From: Pseudomonadota bacterium
GTDB lineage: Bacteria > Pseudomonadota > Gammaproteobacteria > Xanthomonadales > Xanthomonadaceae
Direction: 5' to 3'
Length of the DNA stretch: 43,112 nucleotides
Assembly (NCBI GenBank): GCA_023425225.1
Contig: JAFADB010000130.1
Span: 1 to 43,112 of the forward strand
Each line of letters opens with the position of its first letter. Within the stretch, counting starts at the first letter, position 1. The position numbers and the translations under genes were made by a program. The notes below the pieces were generated by a model that saw nothing but the letters and a program-made list of their open reading frames with translations, did no database searches and was not told the origin of the DNA. Of the stretch, positions 8,817-21,628 are shown piece after piece.

Positions 8817-10087
8817 GCGACCGCGCTGCGCGGCTTGATCGGCACCACCTTGGTGTTGGCCTCGGCGCGGCGCGCCAGCGCGCGGTCGATGCGGGCGAAC
8901 ACCTCGCGCATCACCGTCGCCTCCGGCAGCAGGGTCACGCGGAAGTGGTTGCGGTAGGGCACGTTGAAGCTGGAACCGGGCACCACCAGCACGCCTTCCT
9001 CGTTCATCAGCTCCAGGGCGAAATCGTGGTCGTCGAAGTTGCGCGCGGCCGCGCCCACCACCGCCGGGAACGCGTACAGCGCACCGGCCGGCGCCACCAC
9101 CGACAGGTGCTCGCTGGCCGCGCAGGCCTCGATCACCGCGCGGCGGGTCTCGTACAGGCGTCCGCCGGGCGCGCACAGCGGCGAGATCGTGTCCGGGCCG
9201 TTGACCGCGGCCTCGATGGCGTACTGGCCGGGGACGTTGGCGCACAGGCGCAGCGCGCTGAGCAGGTCCATCGCCGCGCGCAACTCGCCCACGCGCGCGG
9301 CGTCGCCGGACAGCAGCGCCCAGCCCACGCGCCAGCCGCAGGCGCGGTGCACCTTGCTCAGGCCGCTGAAGCTGATGCACGGGTGCTCGCCGGCCAGCGG
9401 CGCGACCGGCTGGAACACGGCGCCGTCGTACAGGATCTGGTCGTAGATCTCGTCCACCATCAGCAGCAGGTCGTGCTTGGCGGCGATGGCGACGATGCGC
9501 TCGAGCAGCTCGCGCGGGTAGCTGGCGCCGCTGGGGTTGTTGGGGTTGATCAGCACGATGGCGCGCGTGCGCGGCGACACCAGCGCCTCGATCTTGCTCG
9601 GATCGGGCAGGAAGCCGTTTTCCGGGTCGCAGCTGTAGTAGACCGGGCGGCCGTCGTTGAGGATGGTCGCCGCCGACCACAGCGGGTAGTCGGGCGAAGG
9701 CACCAGTACCTCGTCGCCGGGGTTGAGCAGCGCCCGCAGCGACAGGTCGATCAGCTCGGACACGCCGTTGCCGACGAACACCCGCTCCGGCTCGGCATCG
9801 GGATAGCCGCGCCGCGCGTAGGCGGCGGCCAGCGCCTCGCGCGCCACCGGCAGGCCCTGCTGGTGGGTATACGGATCGGTGCGGTTCATGTCGTCGGCGA
9901 TCGCGTGCTGCAGGTGCGCCGGCGCACGGAAGCCGAAGTTGCCCGGGTTGCCGATGTTGAGCTTGATCAGCTTGCGGCCCTGCGCCTCCAGCTCCCGGGC
10001 TCGTCGCGCCAGCTCGCCGCGGATCTCGTAGCGGACTTCCGACAGGCGCTCGCGAATGGCGAGGGGCTTGAGCGAGGGTGTTGACAT
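8813..10087 (-). CDS. alaA: PLP-dependent class I/II aminotransferase (AlaA-like)
   Basis: YEIRG, KLNIGNP, GNGVSELI, INPNNPSG, DEIYD, SGLSKVHRACGWRVGW (PLP lysine); substrate assignment is inferred. Confidence 0.85.
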   Translation of the reverse strand: MSTPSLKPLAIRERLSEVRYEIRGELARRARELEAQGRKLIKLNIGNPGNFGFRAPAHLQHAIADDMNRTDPYTHQQGLPVAREALAAAYARRGYPDAEPERVFVGNGVSELIDLSLRALLNPGDEVLVPSPDYPLWSAATILNDGRPVYYSCDPENGFLPDPSKIEALVSPRTRAIVLINPNNPSGASYPRELLERIVAIAAKHDLLLMVDEIYDQILYDGAVFQPVAPLAGEHPCISFSGLSKVHRACGWRVGWALLSGDAARVGELRAAMDLLSALRLCANVPGQYAIEAAVNGPDTISPLCAPGGRLYETRRAVIEACAASEHLSVVAPAGALYAFPAVVGAAARNFDDHDFALELMNEEGVLVVPGSSFNVPYRNHFRVTLLPEATVMREVFARIDRALARRAEANTKVVPIKPRSAVA

Positions 10088-10199
10088 CAGGCTGGGCCGG
10101 CAGGCATGGAGCCGGCATGGTAGCCCAAATGCGGCAGCGCGGCAGGCGCCGGGCCGGGGGGCGGACGGCGCCCGGAGCGGGCCGGTGCCGCCGCACTTG

Positions 10200-10205
10200 T
10201 AGAAT
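10200..10205 (+). promoter_or_regulatory. Putative sigma70 -10 box TAGAAT, 6 nt before the rsgA ATG (leaderless geometry)
   Basis: tagaat ccgccc ATG, with no Shine-Dalgarno sequence. Confidence 0.55.
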
Positions 10206-10211
10206 CCGCCC

Positions 10212-11297
10212 ATGACCGAACCCCACATCGACTATTCGCGGCTGCGCCCGATCGGCTGGCCGTGGCCGGCGGCACCGCAGGAGCCGGCGTGGCGGCAGCT
10301 GTTGCTGGCCCATCCCGGGGCCCGGCCCGCGCGCGTGGTCGAGCAGCACCGCAGCGGCTATGTCGTGGCGGATTCGATCGACCGGCAGTTCAAGGCGGAA
10401 TCGCCGCCGGAATGGCAGCGGCCGCGCTTCCCGTCGCATGAGCGCGCCGCGGTCGGCGACTGGGTGCTGCTGGAGGGCGTGCGCATCGTCGCGCTGCTGC
10501 CGCGGCGCACCGCCATCAAGCGCGGCGCCGCCGGCGAGCACTACCACCAGCAGGTGATCGCCGCCAACATCGACACCGTGTTCATCGTCTGCGGGCTGGA
10601 CGACGACTTCAATCCGCGGCGGATCGAGCGCTACCTGCTGCTGGTCGGCGGTGGCGGCGCCGAGCCGGTGGTGGTACTGACCAAGGCCGACCGCACCGAA
10701 TACGCCCCCGACGCGGTGGCGGCGCTGGTTGAACTGGCGGCGCAGAAGATCGCCGTGCGCGCGGTCAACGCGCTCGATCCGGAGAGCGTGTCGGCACTGC
10801 AGCCGTGGCTGGGCGAGGGCCGCACCGCGGTGCTGGTGGGGTCCTCGGGGGCCGGCAAGTCCACCCTGACCAACACCTTGCTCGGCGAGGACCGGATGAA
10901 GACCGGCCGGGTGCGCGAGAGCGACTCGCGCGGGCGCCACACCACCACCCATCGCGCGCTGATCCCGCTGCCCGGCGGCGCCTGCCTGATCGACACGCCC
11001 GGGATGCGCGAGCTCAAGCCCACCGGCGAGGAAAGCCTGGCCGAGGGCGGGTTCGCCGACATCGAGGCGTTGGCCGCGCAGTGCCGCTTCAACGACTGCG
11101 CGCACCAGGCCGAGCCGGGTTGCGCGGTGCGCGCGGCGATCGAGCGCGGCGAACTGGACCCGGCGCGGCTGGCCAACTACCTCAAGCTGCGCGGCGAGGT
11201 GGCCGGCGCGGCCGGCAAGCTGGCCGTGCGCCAGGCGCAGAATGCCGCCGAGCGCCGTCCGGCGCGGCCGAAGGGGCCGCCGCGCGGACGCCGCTGA
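10212..11297 (+). CDS. rsgA: Ribosome small subunit-dependent GTPase A
   Basis: Circularly permuted GTPase motifs TKAD, GSSGAGKST, GRHTTT, DTPG; Zn motif CRFNDCAHQAEPGC. Confidence 0.95.
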   Translation: MTEPHIDYSRLRPIGWPWPAAPQEPAWRQLLLAHPGARPARVVEQHRSGYVVADSIDRQFKAESPPEWQRPRFPSHERAAVGDWVLLEGVRIVALLPRRTAIKRGAAGEHYHQQVIAANIDTVFIVCGLDDDFNPRRIERYLLLVGGGGAEPVVVLTKADRTEYAPDAVAALVELAAQKIAVRAVNALDPESVSALQPWLGEGRTAVLVGSSGAGKSTLTNTLLGEDRMKTGRVRESDSRGRHTTTHRALIPLPGGACLIDTPGMRELKPTGEESLAEGGFADIEALAAQCRFNDCAHQAEPGCAVRAAIERGELDPARLANYLKLRGEVAGAAGKLAVRQAQNAAERRPARPKGPPRGRR

Positions 11298-11334
11298 AGC
11301 GCCCGTGCCGCGCCGGCATGAGAAACTTGCCGCC

Positions 11335-11982
11335 ATGACTGTCACGCTCATCGTCGCCGACGACCACCCGTTGTTCCGCGCCGCGCTGCTGCATGCGCTG
11401 CGCGAGGCCATCGCCGGGGTGCAGGTGGTCGAGGCCTCCAGCGCCGGCACGCTCAACGACACGCTGGAGCGGTACCCGCAGGCCGACCTGGTGCTGCTGG
11501 ACCTGGCGATGCCCGGCGCGCGCGGTTTCTCGGCGTTGCTCTACGTGCGCGGCGAGCATCCGGACGTGCCGGTGGTGGTGATCTCCTCCAACGACCATCC
11601 GCGGGTGATCCGCCGCGCGCAGCAGTTCGGTGCGGCCGGCTTCATTCCCAAGTCCTCGCCTTCGGAAGTCATCGGCGAGGCGGTGGCGACGGTGCTCGAC
11701 GGCGGCAGCTGGTTCCCGCCGCTGACCGCCGAGCGTTCCGAATCCGACGCACGGCTGGCGGCACGTCTGGCGCAGCTGACGCCGCAGCAGTTCCGCGTGC
11801 TGCTGTGCCTGGCCGATGGCCTGCTCAACAAGCAGATTGCGCACGAGCTGGGGCTGGCCGAGAACACGGTGAAGGTGCATGTCACCGCGATCCTGAAGAA
11901 GCTCGAGTGCCACAGCCGCACCCAGGCGGCGGTGCTGGTCAAGGCGCTGGAACCGGAAGGCGAGCCGGCCGCGCCGCTGTAG
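11335..11982 (+). CDS. NarL/LuxR-family response regulator (CrbR/ErdR-like)
   Basis: ADDHPLFR, DLVLLDLAMPG, GAAGFIPKS receiver; LTPQQFRVL...GLLNKQIA...TVKVHV helix-turn-helix. Confidence 0.92.
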   Translation: MTVTLIVADDHPLFRAALLHALREAIAGVQVVEASSAGTLNDTLERYPQADLVLLDLAMPGARGFSALLYVRGEHPDVPVVVISSNDHPRVIRRAQQFGAAGFIPKSSPSEVIGEAVATVLDGGSWFPPLTAERSESDARLAARLAQLTPQQFRVLLCLADGLLNKQIAHELGLAENTVKVHVTAILKKLECHSRTQAAVLVKALEPEGEPAAPL

Positions 11983-12045
11983 GGCGTGCGGCCTTGGCTG
12001 GTCGCGGCCGCCGTATCCGGAGTCGCGATCCGGCCGCGCCGCTTG

Positions 12046-14691
12046 TCAGCCGGCTTGCCGGCGCAGCAACAGCTGCGTGATCAGTGCCCGCAGCGCCGGT
12101 GGCCGCACCGGCTTGGACAGGAATCCCCAGCCGTTGTCCTGTGCCAGCGTGCGCAGGGTGGGGTCCGGTTCGGCGGTGACCAGGATGACGGTGGGAGCCT
12201 GCTGCCAGATCTCCGCCAGCCGCGCCTGCACGTCCGGCCCGTACTGCTGGCCCATGCGCACGTCCAGCAGCACCAGGTCCGGCGTCTGGCCCGGCCGGGC
12301 CGCGGCCAGCGCCGCGTCGGGACCGTCGGCCAGCTCGACGTCGCAGCCCCATCGCTGCAGCAGCGTGCGCGTGGCCTCGCACACGTGTGGATCGTCGTCG
12401 ATGCACCACACCCGGCAATGGCGCAGCGGCACGTCGTCCTCGTGCCCGGTGGTCGCAGTCGGCGTCGTGGCGACAGTTGCTCGCGGATCGCCCAGCGGCA
12501 CCGTCACCGAGAACACGCTGCCGTGGCCCAGCCGCGAGCGCAGACCGATGCGGTGCCCGAGCAGGCGGCCGATGCGCTCGACGATCGCCAGGCCCAGGCC
12601 GGCGCCGCGTTCGTTGGCCACGCCGTCGTCGAGCCGGCGGAACTCTTCGAAGATTTCCTGCTGCCGGCTCTCGGGGATGCCCGCGCCCTGGTCGTGGACC
12701 TCGATGCGCAGCTGCGCGCCGTCGCGCCGGCAGCCGATCAGCACGCGGCCGTGGCGGGTGTAGCGGATCGCGTTGGACAGGAAGTTCTGCAGGATGCGCC
12801 GCAGCAGCGCCGGGTCGCTGCGCACCACCGCGTCGGTGGCGACGTGGTCCAGGCGCAGGCCGCGCGACTCGGCGACGATGCCGAACTCGCGCGCCAGCGT
12901 GTCCAGCAGCGGCCCCAGCGCGAAATCGTGCACGTGGGTCTGCAGGGTGCCCGATTCCAGCCGCGAGATGTCCAGCAGGCTGCTGAGGATGGCGTCCTGC
13001 GCCGCCAGCGCGGTATCCACGTGGTCGGCGACCTGGCGCGCCTCGCTGTCGAGCCGGCCGCGCAGCGCGGAGATGAACATGCGCGCGGCGTTGAGCGGCT
13101 GCAGCAGGTCGTGCACCGCCGAGGCGACGAAGCGGGTCTTGTAGCGGTTGGCGGCCTCGGCCTCGCGCTTGGCCGCCTCCAGGTCGCGGGTACGCTCCTC
13201 GATGCGGTGCTCCAGCGCGTCGGCCAGCGAACGCAGCTCGCGCGCGGCGTTCTTGTAGCTGGTGATGTCGGCATAGCTGGTGACGAAGCCGCCGTCGGGC
13301 AGGGGGTTGCCGCGGATCTCCAGCACGGTGCCGTCGTCCTTCTCGCTCTCGCGCATGTGCGGGCTGCCGCTGCGCAGGTGGTTGAGCCGGCGCTCGATCG
13401 CCGCCTCGATCGGCCCGGGGCCGAGCAGGCCGCGGCGCGCGTTGTAGCGGAAGATGTCCTCGATCGGCCGCCCCACCTTGACCAGCCCCGGCGGGAAGCG
13501 GAACAGCTCGACGTAGCGCGAGTTCCACGCCACCAGCCGCAGCTCGCCGTCGATGATGACCACGCCCTGCGGCAGGTGCTCCAGACTGCGGCTGAGCCCG
13601 GCATCGGCCTGCTGCGCGGCCTCCACCAGGCTGTCCTGGGCGGTACGCAGTTCCTGCGCGTGCTGCTGCAGCAGGGTTTCCAGTTCCTCGCGGCTACGCT
13701 GGCGCAGGGCGGACATGCGGTTGCGCTGCTGCACGAACAGCGCCAGGAACGACAGCGCCAGCCAGCCGCCGCCGGCGGCCAGCGCCGCGCTGCGGCCGGC
13801 GGCGGTCACCGAGGCGGCGTCATGCAGCAGGTGCAGGTGCCATTGGCTGTTCGGCAGGGTGAGGCTGCGCCAAAGCACCGGCCCCTGCAGGGCAGGCAGT
13901 TCGAGCCGGGCCAGGCCGCCGTCGGGGTCGATGCGCTGCAGCATGCGGTAGCGCATCGGCCGCAGCGCCTGGCTGGCGTACTGGCGGGTGGCGGCCAGTT
14001 CCTCGCGGTCGTCCGGGCCCAGCGGCGCCAACTGGCGGTAGCGCCACTCGTCGCGGCTGGCCAGGAACACCACGCCGTGCGAATCGCTGGCCATCACCAC
14101 GTCGGGCACGCTCAGCCATTCGCGCTCCAGCGCGGCCAGTTCGATCTTGATGGCGATCACGCCGATGCGCCGGCCGTCGCCGTCGACGATCGCCTGCGAC
14201 AGGAAGTAGCCGGGCACGCCGGTGGTCATGCCGATGCCGTAGAAGCGCCCATTGCCGTTGGCCAGCGCCTGTTGCACGTAGGGGCGGAAGCTGTAGTCCA
14301 CGCCGACGTTGCTGTTGCCCTGGCGCCAGTTGCTGGCGGCCACGGCGACGCCGCGGCGGTCGATCAGGGTGAGCGTGGAGGAACGGGTGACGTTGTTGGC
14401 GCGTTCCAGCTTGAGGTTGAGGTGATGCTGCTGCGCAGCATCCAGCGGCGCGGACAATGCGCGGATCAGTTCCGGGTCCAGCGCCAGCAGCTGCGGCAGC
14501 GTGCGATAGCGGTCGATGTGCTGCTGCAGCGACTGCGAGTACAGCGACAGCTGGCGCTGCACCTGCGCGTTCTCCAGTTCCAGCGCATGGCGCTCGCCGA
14601 TCCGCCCGGCCACCGAGGCGCACAGGACCATGCCGCCGAGCACCACCAGGGCGGTCAGGACGGGGCGACGGAAACGCTCGAGTGCATACAT
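12046..14691 (-). CDS. Hybrid sensor histidine kinase (TM-dCache-TM, PAS-like, HisKA, HATPase, receiver)
   Basis: DctB-like periplasmic segment (YSFRPYV, FYGIGMTTGVPGYFLS, GVIAIK); LVAWNSRYVELF PAS-like; KTRFVASAVHDLLQPLNAAR H-box; NFLSNAIRYT, DQGAGI, GAGLGLAIV; receiver IDDD...LLDVRM...LSKPVRP. Confidence 0.93.
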   Translation of the reverse strand: MYALERFRRPVLTALVVLGGMVLCASVAGRIGERHALELENAQVQRQLSLYSQSLQQHIDRYRTLPQLLALDPELIRALSAPLDAAQQHHLNLKLERANNVTRSSTLTLIDRRGVAVAASNWRQGNSNVGVDYSFRPYVQQALANGNGRFYGIGMTTGVPGYFLSQAIVDGDGRRIGVIAIKIELAALEREWLSVPDVVMASDSHGVVFLASRDEWRYRQLAPLGPDDREELAATRQYASQALRPMRYRMLQRIDPDGGLARLELPALQGPVLWRSLTLPNSQWHLHLLHDAASVTAAGRSAALAAGGGWLALSFLALFVQQRNRMSALRQRSREELETLLQQHAQELRTAQDSLVEAAQQADAGLSRSLEHLPQGVVIIDGELRLVAWNSRYVELFRFPPGLVKVGRPIEDIFRYNARRGLLGPGPIEAAIERRLNHLRSGSPHMRESEKDDGTVLEIRGNPLPDGGFVTSYADITSYKNAARELRSLADALEHRIEERTRDLEAAKREAEAANRYKTRFVASAVHDLLQPLNAARMFISALRGRLDSEARQVADHVDTALAAQDAILSSLLDISRLESGTLQTHVHDFALGPLLDTLAREFGIVAESRGLRLDHVATDAVVRSDPALLRRILQNFLSNAIRYTRHGRVLIGCRRDGAQLRIEVHDQGAGIPESRQQEIFEEFRRLDDGVANERGAGLGLAIVERIGRLLGHRIGLRSRLGHGSVFSVTVPLGDPRATVATTPTATTGHEDDVPLRHCRVWCIDDDPHVCEATRTLLQRWGCDVELADGPDAALAAARPGQTPDLVLLDVRMGQQYGPDVQARLAEIWQQAPTVILVTAEPDPTLRTLAQDNGWGFLSKPVRPPALRALITQLLLRRQAG

Positions 14692-14821
14692 GCGCGAAGT
14701 CTAGGGCGTGTCGCCCGCATCCGCTTCCCGTTGGCCGGGCAGCGCGGCCCATGCCGGGCGGCCCGGACACATGATCGTCGACGGGCGGGACGACGTGCGG
14801 TAGCGGTGCCGGCGCCACAAC

Positions 14822-14857
14822 GCGAACGGGCCCCCGGTTTCCCGGGAGCCCGTTCGC
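14822..14857 (-). terminator. Long stem-loop downstream of the porin gene
   Basis: GCGAACGGGCCCCCGG-tttc-CCGGGAGCCCGTTCGC, 23 nt past the porin stop; weak U-tract. Confidence 0.55.
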
Positions 14858-14880
14858 ACACATGCCTCAGGCGGCGTGGC

Positions 14881-16050
14881 TCAGAAGTGGACCTGGGCGC
14901 GCAGCTCGAACACGTTCGGATCGCGCTTGACGCCCTGGCGGCTGGCATCGACACGCACGTAGTTGGCCTGGAACTTGAAGTGGCTGGTCAGGTACCAGTT
15001 GGCACCCAGCGTCCAGTCGTGCTGGCGGCCACCGAGGATGGCGCCGTCGTTCAGGTCCAGGCGGCTGTAGCGGGCCAGCAGCTCGACCGCGCCGTAGCTC
15101 TTGGACGGCTTGATGTTGGAGACGTTGCCGGCGTTGTAGCCGCGCGACTCGCCGGTGAGCGACCAGGTGGCCGAGACGTACTGGCCGTCGGCGGTGAAGT
15201 CGGGCAGGCCGTTGGCACGCTCGGCGTTCAGGCGCAGCGCTTCGCCCTGCAGCGAGAACGGGCCCTTGATCCACAGGCCTTCCAGGCCGGTGCGGCGGAT
15301 CTTCTCGACGTTGCTCAGCGCGCCGGTGTCGATCAGGCGGATGTCGGTGAGGCCGGCTTCCGGCTTGGCACGGCCGCGGTAGCTGGGCTCGAAGTGGACG
15401 TCCAGGCCGTTGTGCCAGCCGCGCGGGTTCTCGACCGAGGCGGCCAGGCCCAGGTGGATCACGTCGCCGGCGGCCTTGTGCGGGGTCCACACGCCGCGCA
15501 CCACCTGGGTGGTGCCGGGATTGTCGCCGTGCAGGTCCTTGCCGCCGTAGGCACCGGCCTGCAGCAGGTAGGCCGGGCGCTCGAAGGTCCATTCCACGCC
15601 GGTACGACGGCCCTGGTAGATCGCCTGGATCGGCAGCGCCAGCTCCATGTAGCTGAGCGCGCGCGAGCTGGTCACGCCTTCCATGCCCACCGGCACCTTC
15701 ATGTAGCCGAAGCGGAACTTGCCGATGTCGCGGCCGAACAGCGCCTTGGACTCCAGGCGCAGGTACACGTCCAGCCAGGTCTCGGACTGGAAGTCGTAGT
15801 ACACCATGGCGTCGAACACGCCCGCCTTCTTGATGGTGGCGCCGAACTCCTTGCGGCGCATCGCATCGTCGTCCTCGAGTGCGGAATCACCGGAGAAGTT
15901 GTTGTAGTCGTAGGCGAAGTTGCCGGTGATGGCGAGCTCGACGTTGTTGGAGGTCTTGTACTTGGTCGGCCAGTTGTCGAAATCGGCCGCCTGGGCGGAA
16001 ACGCCGAAGCCGGCCAATGTGATTGCGGCAGCGATGAGGGAAGGGCGCAT
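14881..16050 (-). CDS. OprO/OprP-family outer-membrane porin
   Basis: Signal peptide (AQA), amphipathic beta strands, WSLTGESRGY, GAVELLARYS, TLGANWY, terminal Phe; alternative ATGs at 16056 and 16059. Confidence 0.87.
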   Translation of the reverse strand: MRPSLIAAAITLAGFGVSAQAADFDNWPTKYKTSNNVELAITGNFAYDYNNFSGDSALEDDDAMRRKEFGATIKKAGVFDAMVYYDFQSETWLDVYLRLESKALFGRDIGKFRFGYMKVPVGMEGVTSSRALSYMELALPIQAIYQGRRTGVEWTFERPAYLLQAGAYGGKDLHGDNPGTTQVVRGVWTPHKAAGDVIHLGLAASVENPRGWHNGLDVHFEPSYRGRAKPEAGLTDIRLIDTGALSNVEKIRRTGLEGLWIKGPFSLQGEALRLNAERANGLPDFTADGQYVSATWSLTGESRGYNAGNVSNIKPSKSYGAVELLARYSRLDLNDGAILGGRQHDWTLGANWYLTSHFKFQANYVRVDASRQGVKRDPNVFELRAQVHF

Positions 16051-16141
16051 GGACATCATCTCGTCGGTTGGAATGGTGCTTCGAGGGAGCCTGCGAAGGG
16101 CGATCTGAGCCCGGATCCAGCTCCCAGCGCGGCAAAGGCTA

Positions 16142-16258
16142 GACCAGTGTCGGGCGTTTGCACATGACTTCAATCAATCTTCGACCAATGGGTTAGTCCC
16201 CCCGGGCCAGCCGGAAGAGTGCGGCCTGGCCGGCGATTTTCCTAATACCAATGCGTTA
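16142..16258. promoter_or_regulatory. Divergent porin/dctA promoter region with three related boxes
   Basis: GACCAGTGTC (16142), GACCAATGGGTTA (16183), TACCAATGCGTTA (16246) in a locally AT-richer region. Confidence 0.45.
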
Positions 16259-16335
16259 TCGGCCTATCGCCGGGGGCAGGCCAGAATGCCGGCCAGTCCG
16301 CATTGGCCGGACGCCCACGCATTCCCGGAGTTCCC

Positions 16336-17688
16336 ATGCACGTCGTCAATTCGTCCCCGGCGCCGCGCCGGCATGTCCCGCTCTATCGGCAGCTGTACTT
16401 CCAGGTGGTGGTGGCCATCGTGATCGGCGCGCTGCTCGGCCATTTCGAGCCGGTGTTCGCCGAGTCGATGAAGCCGCTGGGCGATGCCTTCATCAAGCTG
16501 GTCAAGATGATCATCGCCCCGGTGATCTTCCTGACCATCGTCACCGGCATCGCCAGCATGACCCACCTGCGCACGGTGGGCCGGGTGTTCGCCAAGTCGA
16601 TGATCTACTTCCTGTTCTTCTCCACGCTGGCGCTGGTGGTGGGCATGATCGTGGCCCACGTGGTGCAGCCCGGCGCCGGCATGAACATCAACGCCGCCGA
16701 CCTGGACCAGTCCGCGGTCAACAGCTACGTGGAGAAGTCGCACGAGCTGACCCTGACCGGCTTCCTGATGGACATCATCCCCAAGACGCTGGTCAGCCCG
16801 TTCGTCGGCGACAACATCCTGCAGGTGCTGTTCGTGGCGGTGCTGTTCGGCATCGCGCTGGCGCTGGTGGGCGATCGCGGCAGGCCGGTGCTCAACCTGC
16901 TGGAATCGCTGACCGCGCCGGTGTTCCGCCTGGTGCACATCCTGATGGCCGCCGCGCCGATCGGCGCCTTCGGCGCGATCGCCTTCACCATCGGCAAGTA
17001 CGGCATCGGCACCTTGGTCAACCTGGCCTGGCTGGTGGGCTCGTTCTACATCACCTCGCTGCTGTTCGTGCTGGTGATCCTGGGCTTCGTCGCGCGGCTG
17101 TGCGGGTTCTCGGTGCTCAAGCTGATCCGCTACCTCAAGGCCGAGCTGCTGCTGGTGCTGGGCACCTCCTCGTCCGAGTCGGCGCTGCCCTCGCTGATGG
17201 AGAAGATGGAGAAGGCCGGCTGTGCCAAGCCGGTGGTCGGGCTGGTGGTGCCCACCGGCTATTCGTTCAACCTGGACGGCACCAACATCTACATGACCCT
17301 GGCGGCGCTGTTCATCGCCCAGGCCACCAACACCGAGCTGACCCTGGGCCACCAGATCATGCTGCTGGCGGTGGCCATGCTCAGCTCCAAGGGCGCGGCC
17401 GGCGTGACCGGCGCCGGCTTCATCACCCTGGCGGCGACGCTGGCGGTGGTGCCGGAGGTGCCGGTGGCCGGCATGGCGCTGATCCTGGGCGTGGACCGCT
17501 TCATGAGCGAGTGCCGCTCGCTAACCAACTTCATCGGCAATGCCGTGGCCACCGTGGTGGTCTCGCGCTGGGAGAACGCGCTGGACCGCGACCAGCTCAA
17601 GCTGGCGCTGGACCATGGCGAGGTGGCCTTCGAATCGCCGGCGGTGGTGGCTGCCGGGATCGCGATCGACGACAAGAGCCCGGACTGA
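16336..17688 (+). CDS. dctA: C4-dicarboxylate:H+ symporter (DAACS family)
   Basis: [63 protein letters not shown] ribosome-binding site at 16327. Confidence 0.95.
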   Translation: MHVVNSSPAPRRHVPLYRQLYFQVVVAIVIGALLGHFEPVFAESMKPLGDAFIKLVKMIIAPVIFLTIVTGIASMTHLRTVGRVFAKSMIYFLFFSTLALVVGMIVAHVVQPGAGMNINAADLDQSAVNSYVEKSHELTLTGFLMDIIPKTLVSPFVGDNILQVLFVAVLFGIALALVGDRGRPVLNLLESLTAPVFRLVHILMAAAPIGAFGAIAFTIGKYGIGTLVNLAWLVGSFYITSLLFVLVILGFVARLCGFSVLKLIRYLKAELLLVLGTSSSESALPSLMEKMEKAGCAKPVVGLVVPTGYSFNLDGTNIYMTLAALFIAQATNTELTLGHQIMLLAVAMLSSKGAAGVTGAGFITLAATLAVVPEVPVAGMALILGVDRFMSECRSLTNFIGNAVATVVVSRWENALDRDQLKLALDHGEVAFESPAVVAAGIAIDDKSPD

Positions 17689-17703
17689 GCCCCCACCCGT
17701 CCG

Positions 17704-17741
17704 CGAAGACGCCGGCCTGCACAGTGCCGGCGTCTTCGTTT
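17704..17741 (+). terminator. Intrinsic terminator after dctA
   Basis: CGAAGACGCCGGC...GCCGGCGTCTTCG perfect 13-bp stem followed by TTT. Confidence 0.75.
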
Positions 17742-17854
17742 CCCGTCCTGGCCCGCACCGCCGCGACCGTGTCTGCGGCGAAACGTCCGGCCTACGGTTC
17801 AAGCCGCTGGGTTTAGAATCGCTGTCCCTTGCTCTCCTCGCCAAGATTCCCTCG

Positions 17855-20146
<2,292 letters not shown>

Positions 20147-20170
20147 CGGCCGGCCTTTCCTTCCGCCGGC

Positions 20171-21439
20171 CTAGTTGCCGGAGGCGGCCTGGCGGTTGCG
20201 CCAGCGCCGCCATACCCCGGGCGGCGCATCGGCGTGCGGGCGCGGTGCGCCCGGCGCCACCGGCATGCCCACGTCCGGGCGCCGGCGCACGATCCAGAAG
20301 CTGATCAGCAGTCCGGCGACGGCCATGGCGCTGCCCACGATGCCGACGTCGCGCAGGCTCAGCCGCTCGCTGATCTGGCTGCCGAGCAGCGCGCCGCCGC
20401 CGATGCCGACGTTGTAGATGGCCGAGTAGATCGACATGGCCACGTCCGTGGCCTCCGGCGCGCGTTCTAGCACGCGCGCCTGCATGGCCAGGCCGAACAC
20501 CAGCATCGCCATGCCCCACACCCCGCACAGCGTGATCAGCAGCCAGTACTGGCTGTCGGCCGCGGCGAGCATGAACAGGCAGGCCGCCACCAGCGCGATG
20601 GAGCCGACGAACATGACGTTGGAGTGGTGTGCATACCAGCGCCCGAAGATGATGGTGCCGGGAATGCCCATGCCGCCGAACACCAGCAGCAGGATCGTCG
20701 TCTCGCGCGGCGTGAGCTGCGCCACCAGCTGCGAGTAGGGCTCGATGTAGCTGTAGGCGGTGAAGTGGCCGGTCACCACGGCGATGGTCAACAGGTACAG
20801 GCCCACCAGCACCTTGCGGCGGAACAGCACCGGAATGCTGGCCAGCGAGCCGACCTTCTGCGCCGGCAGCGGCGGCAGCAGCAGGCGCAGGGCGATCATC
20901 ACCAGCGCCGCCACCGCACCGATGACCAGGAAGGTGATGCGCCAGCCGATCAGGTCGCCGATCACCCGCCCGGTCGGGATGCCCAGCACCATCGCGATCG
21001 AGGTGCCGGCCGCCAGCAGGCCCAGTGCCTGCGCCTGCTTGCCCGGCGGGGCGATGCGCACCGCCAGCGAGGCGGTGATCGACCAGAACACGGCATGGGA
21101 AAAGGCGATGCCCAGGCGCCCGGCGATCAGCATCGCGAAGCTGTTGGCGACCCCGCACACCACGTGGGCGGCGATGAACACCGCCAGCGTGCCCATCAGC
21201 AGGTGGCGGCGCTCGATGCGCCGGGTCAGCAGCATGAACGGCAGCGAGACCAGCGCCACCGTCCAGGCGTAGATGGTCAGCATCAGCCCCACCTGCGTGA
21301 CCGGCATCCGGAAGCTGGACGCGATGTCGCTCAGCAGTCCGACCGGGACGAACTCGCTGGTGTTGAAGATGAAGGCGGACAGGGCGAGCGCATAGACGCC
21401 ACCCCACGCGCGCCGGTTCGCATGGGCGGATTGCTGCAT
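20171..21439 (-). CDS. sotB: MFS sugar efflux transporter (SotB/DHA1-like)
   Basis: [57 protein letters not shown]; about 12 hydrophobic segments. Confidence 0.85.
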   Translation of the reverse strand: MQQSAHANRRAWGGVYALALSAFIFNTSEFVPVGLLSDIASSFRMPVTQVGLMLTIYAWTVALVSLPFMLLTRRIERRHLLMGTLAVFIAAHVVCGVANSFAMLIAGRLGIAFSHAVFWSITASLAVRIAPPGKQAQALGLLAAGTSIAMVLGIPTGRVIGDLIGWRITFLVIGAVAALVMIALRLLLPPLPAQKVGSLASIPVLFRRKVLVGLYLLTIAVVTGHFTAYSYIEPYSQLVAQLTPRETTILLLVFGGMGIPGTIIFGRWYAHHSNVMFVGSIALVAACLFMLAAADSQYWLLITLCGVWGMAMLVFGLAMQARVLERAPEATDVAMSIYSAIYNVGIGGGALLGSQISERLSLRDVGIVGSAMAVAGLLISFWIVRRRPDVGMPVAPGAPRPHADAPPGVWRRWRNRQAASGN

Positions 21440-21628
21440 GGACACGATGTGGAAGCGGGGAGGGGGAGGGCCCGGGCCATGGCGGGCCGGATGCCGGCAG
21501 CGATTGTAAGCCCGATGCCGTGAGGGAGCGTGCACATCGATAAAGCCACGCCGCGTCGCCGGCAACCCGCAGCCGGCCGCGCCGCCGGCTGCTAGAATCG
21601 CGCCCACGTCTCCACGATCGCGCCCACC

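Noticed and set aside
8193..11462. 1089-aa minus-strand ORF that looks like a large SGNH fusion
   Set aside because: Only the last ~205 codons are protein-like; the rest overlaps the aminotransferase out of frame and rsgA on the opposite strand.
11986..16167. 1393-aa plus-strand ORF, and similar long ORFs at 30429-34532, 34363-38709, 20076-22913 and 17858-20041
   Set aside because: They are antisense or off-frame shadows of well-supported genes. Stop codons are scarce in GC-rich DNA and the translations have no recognisable motifs.
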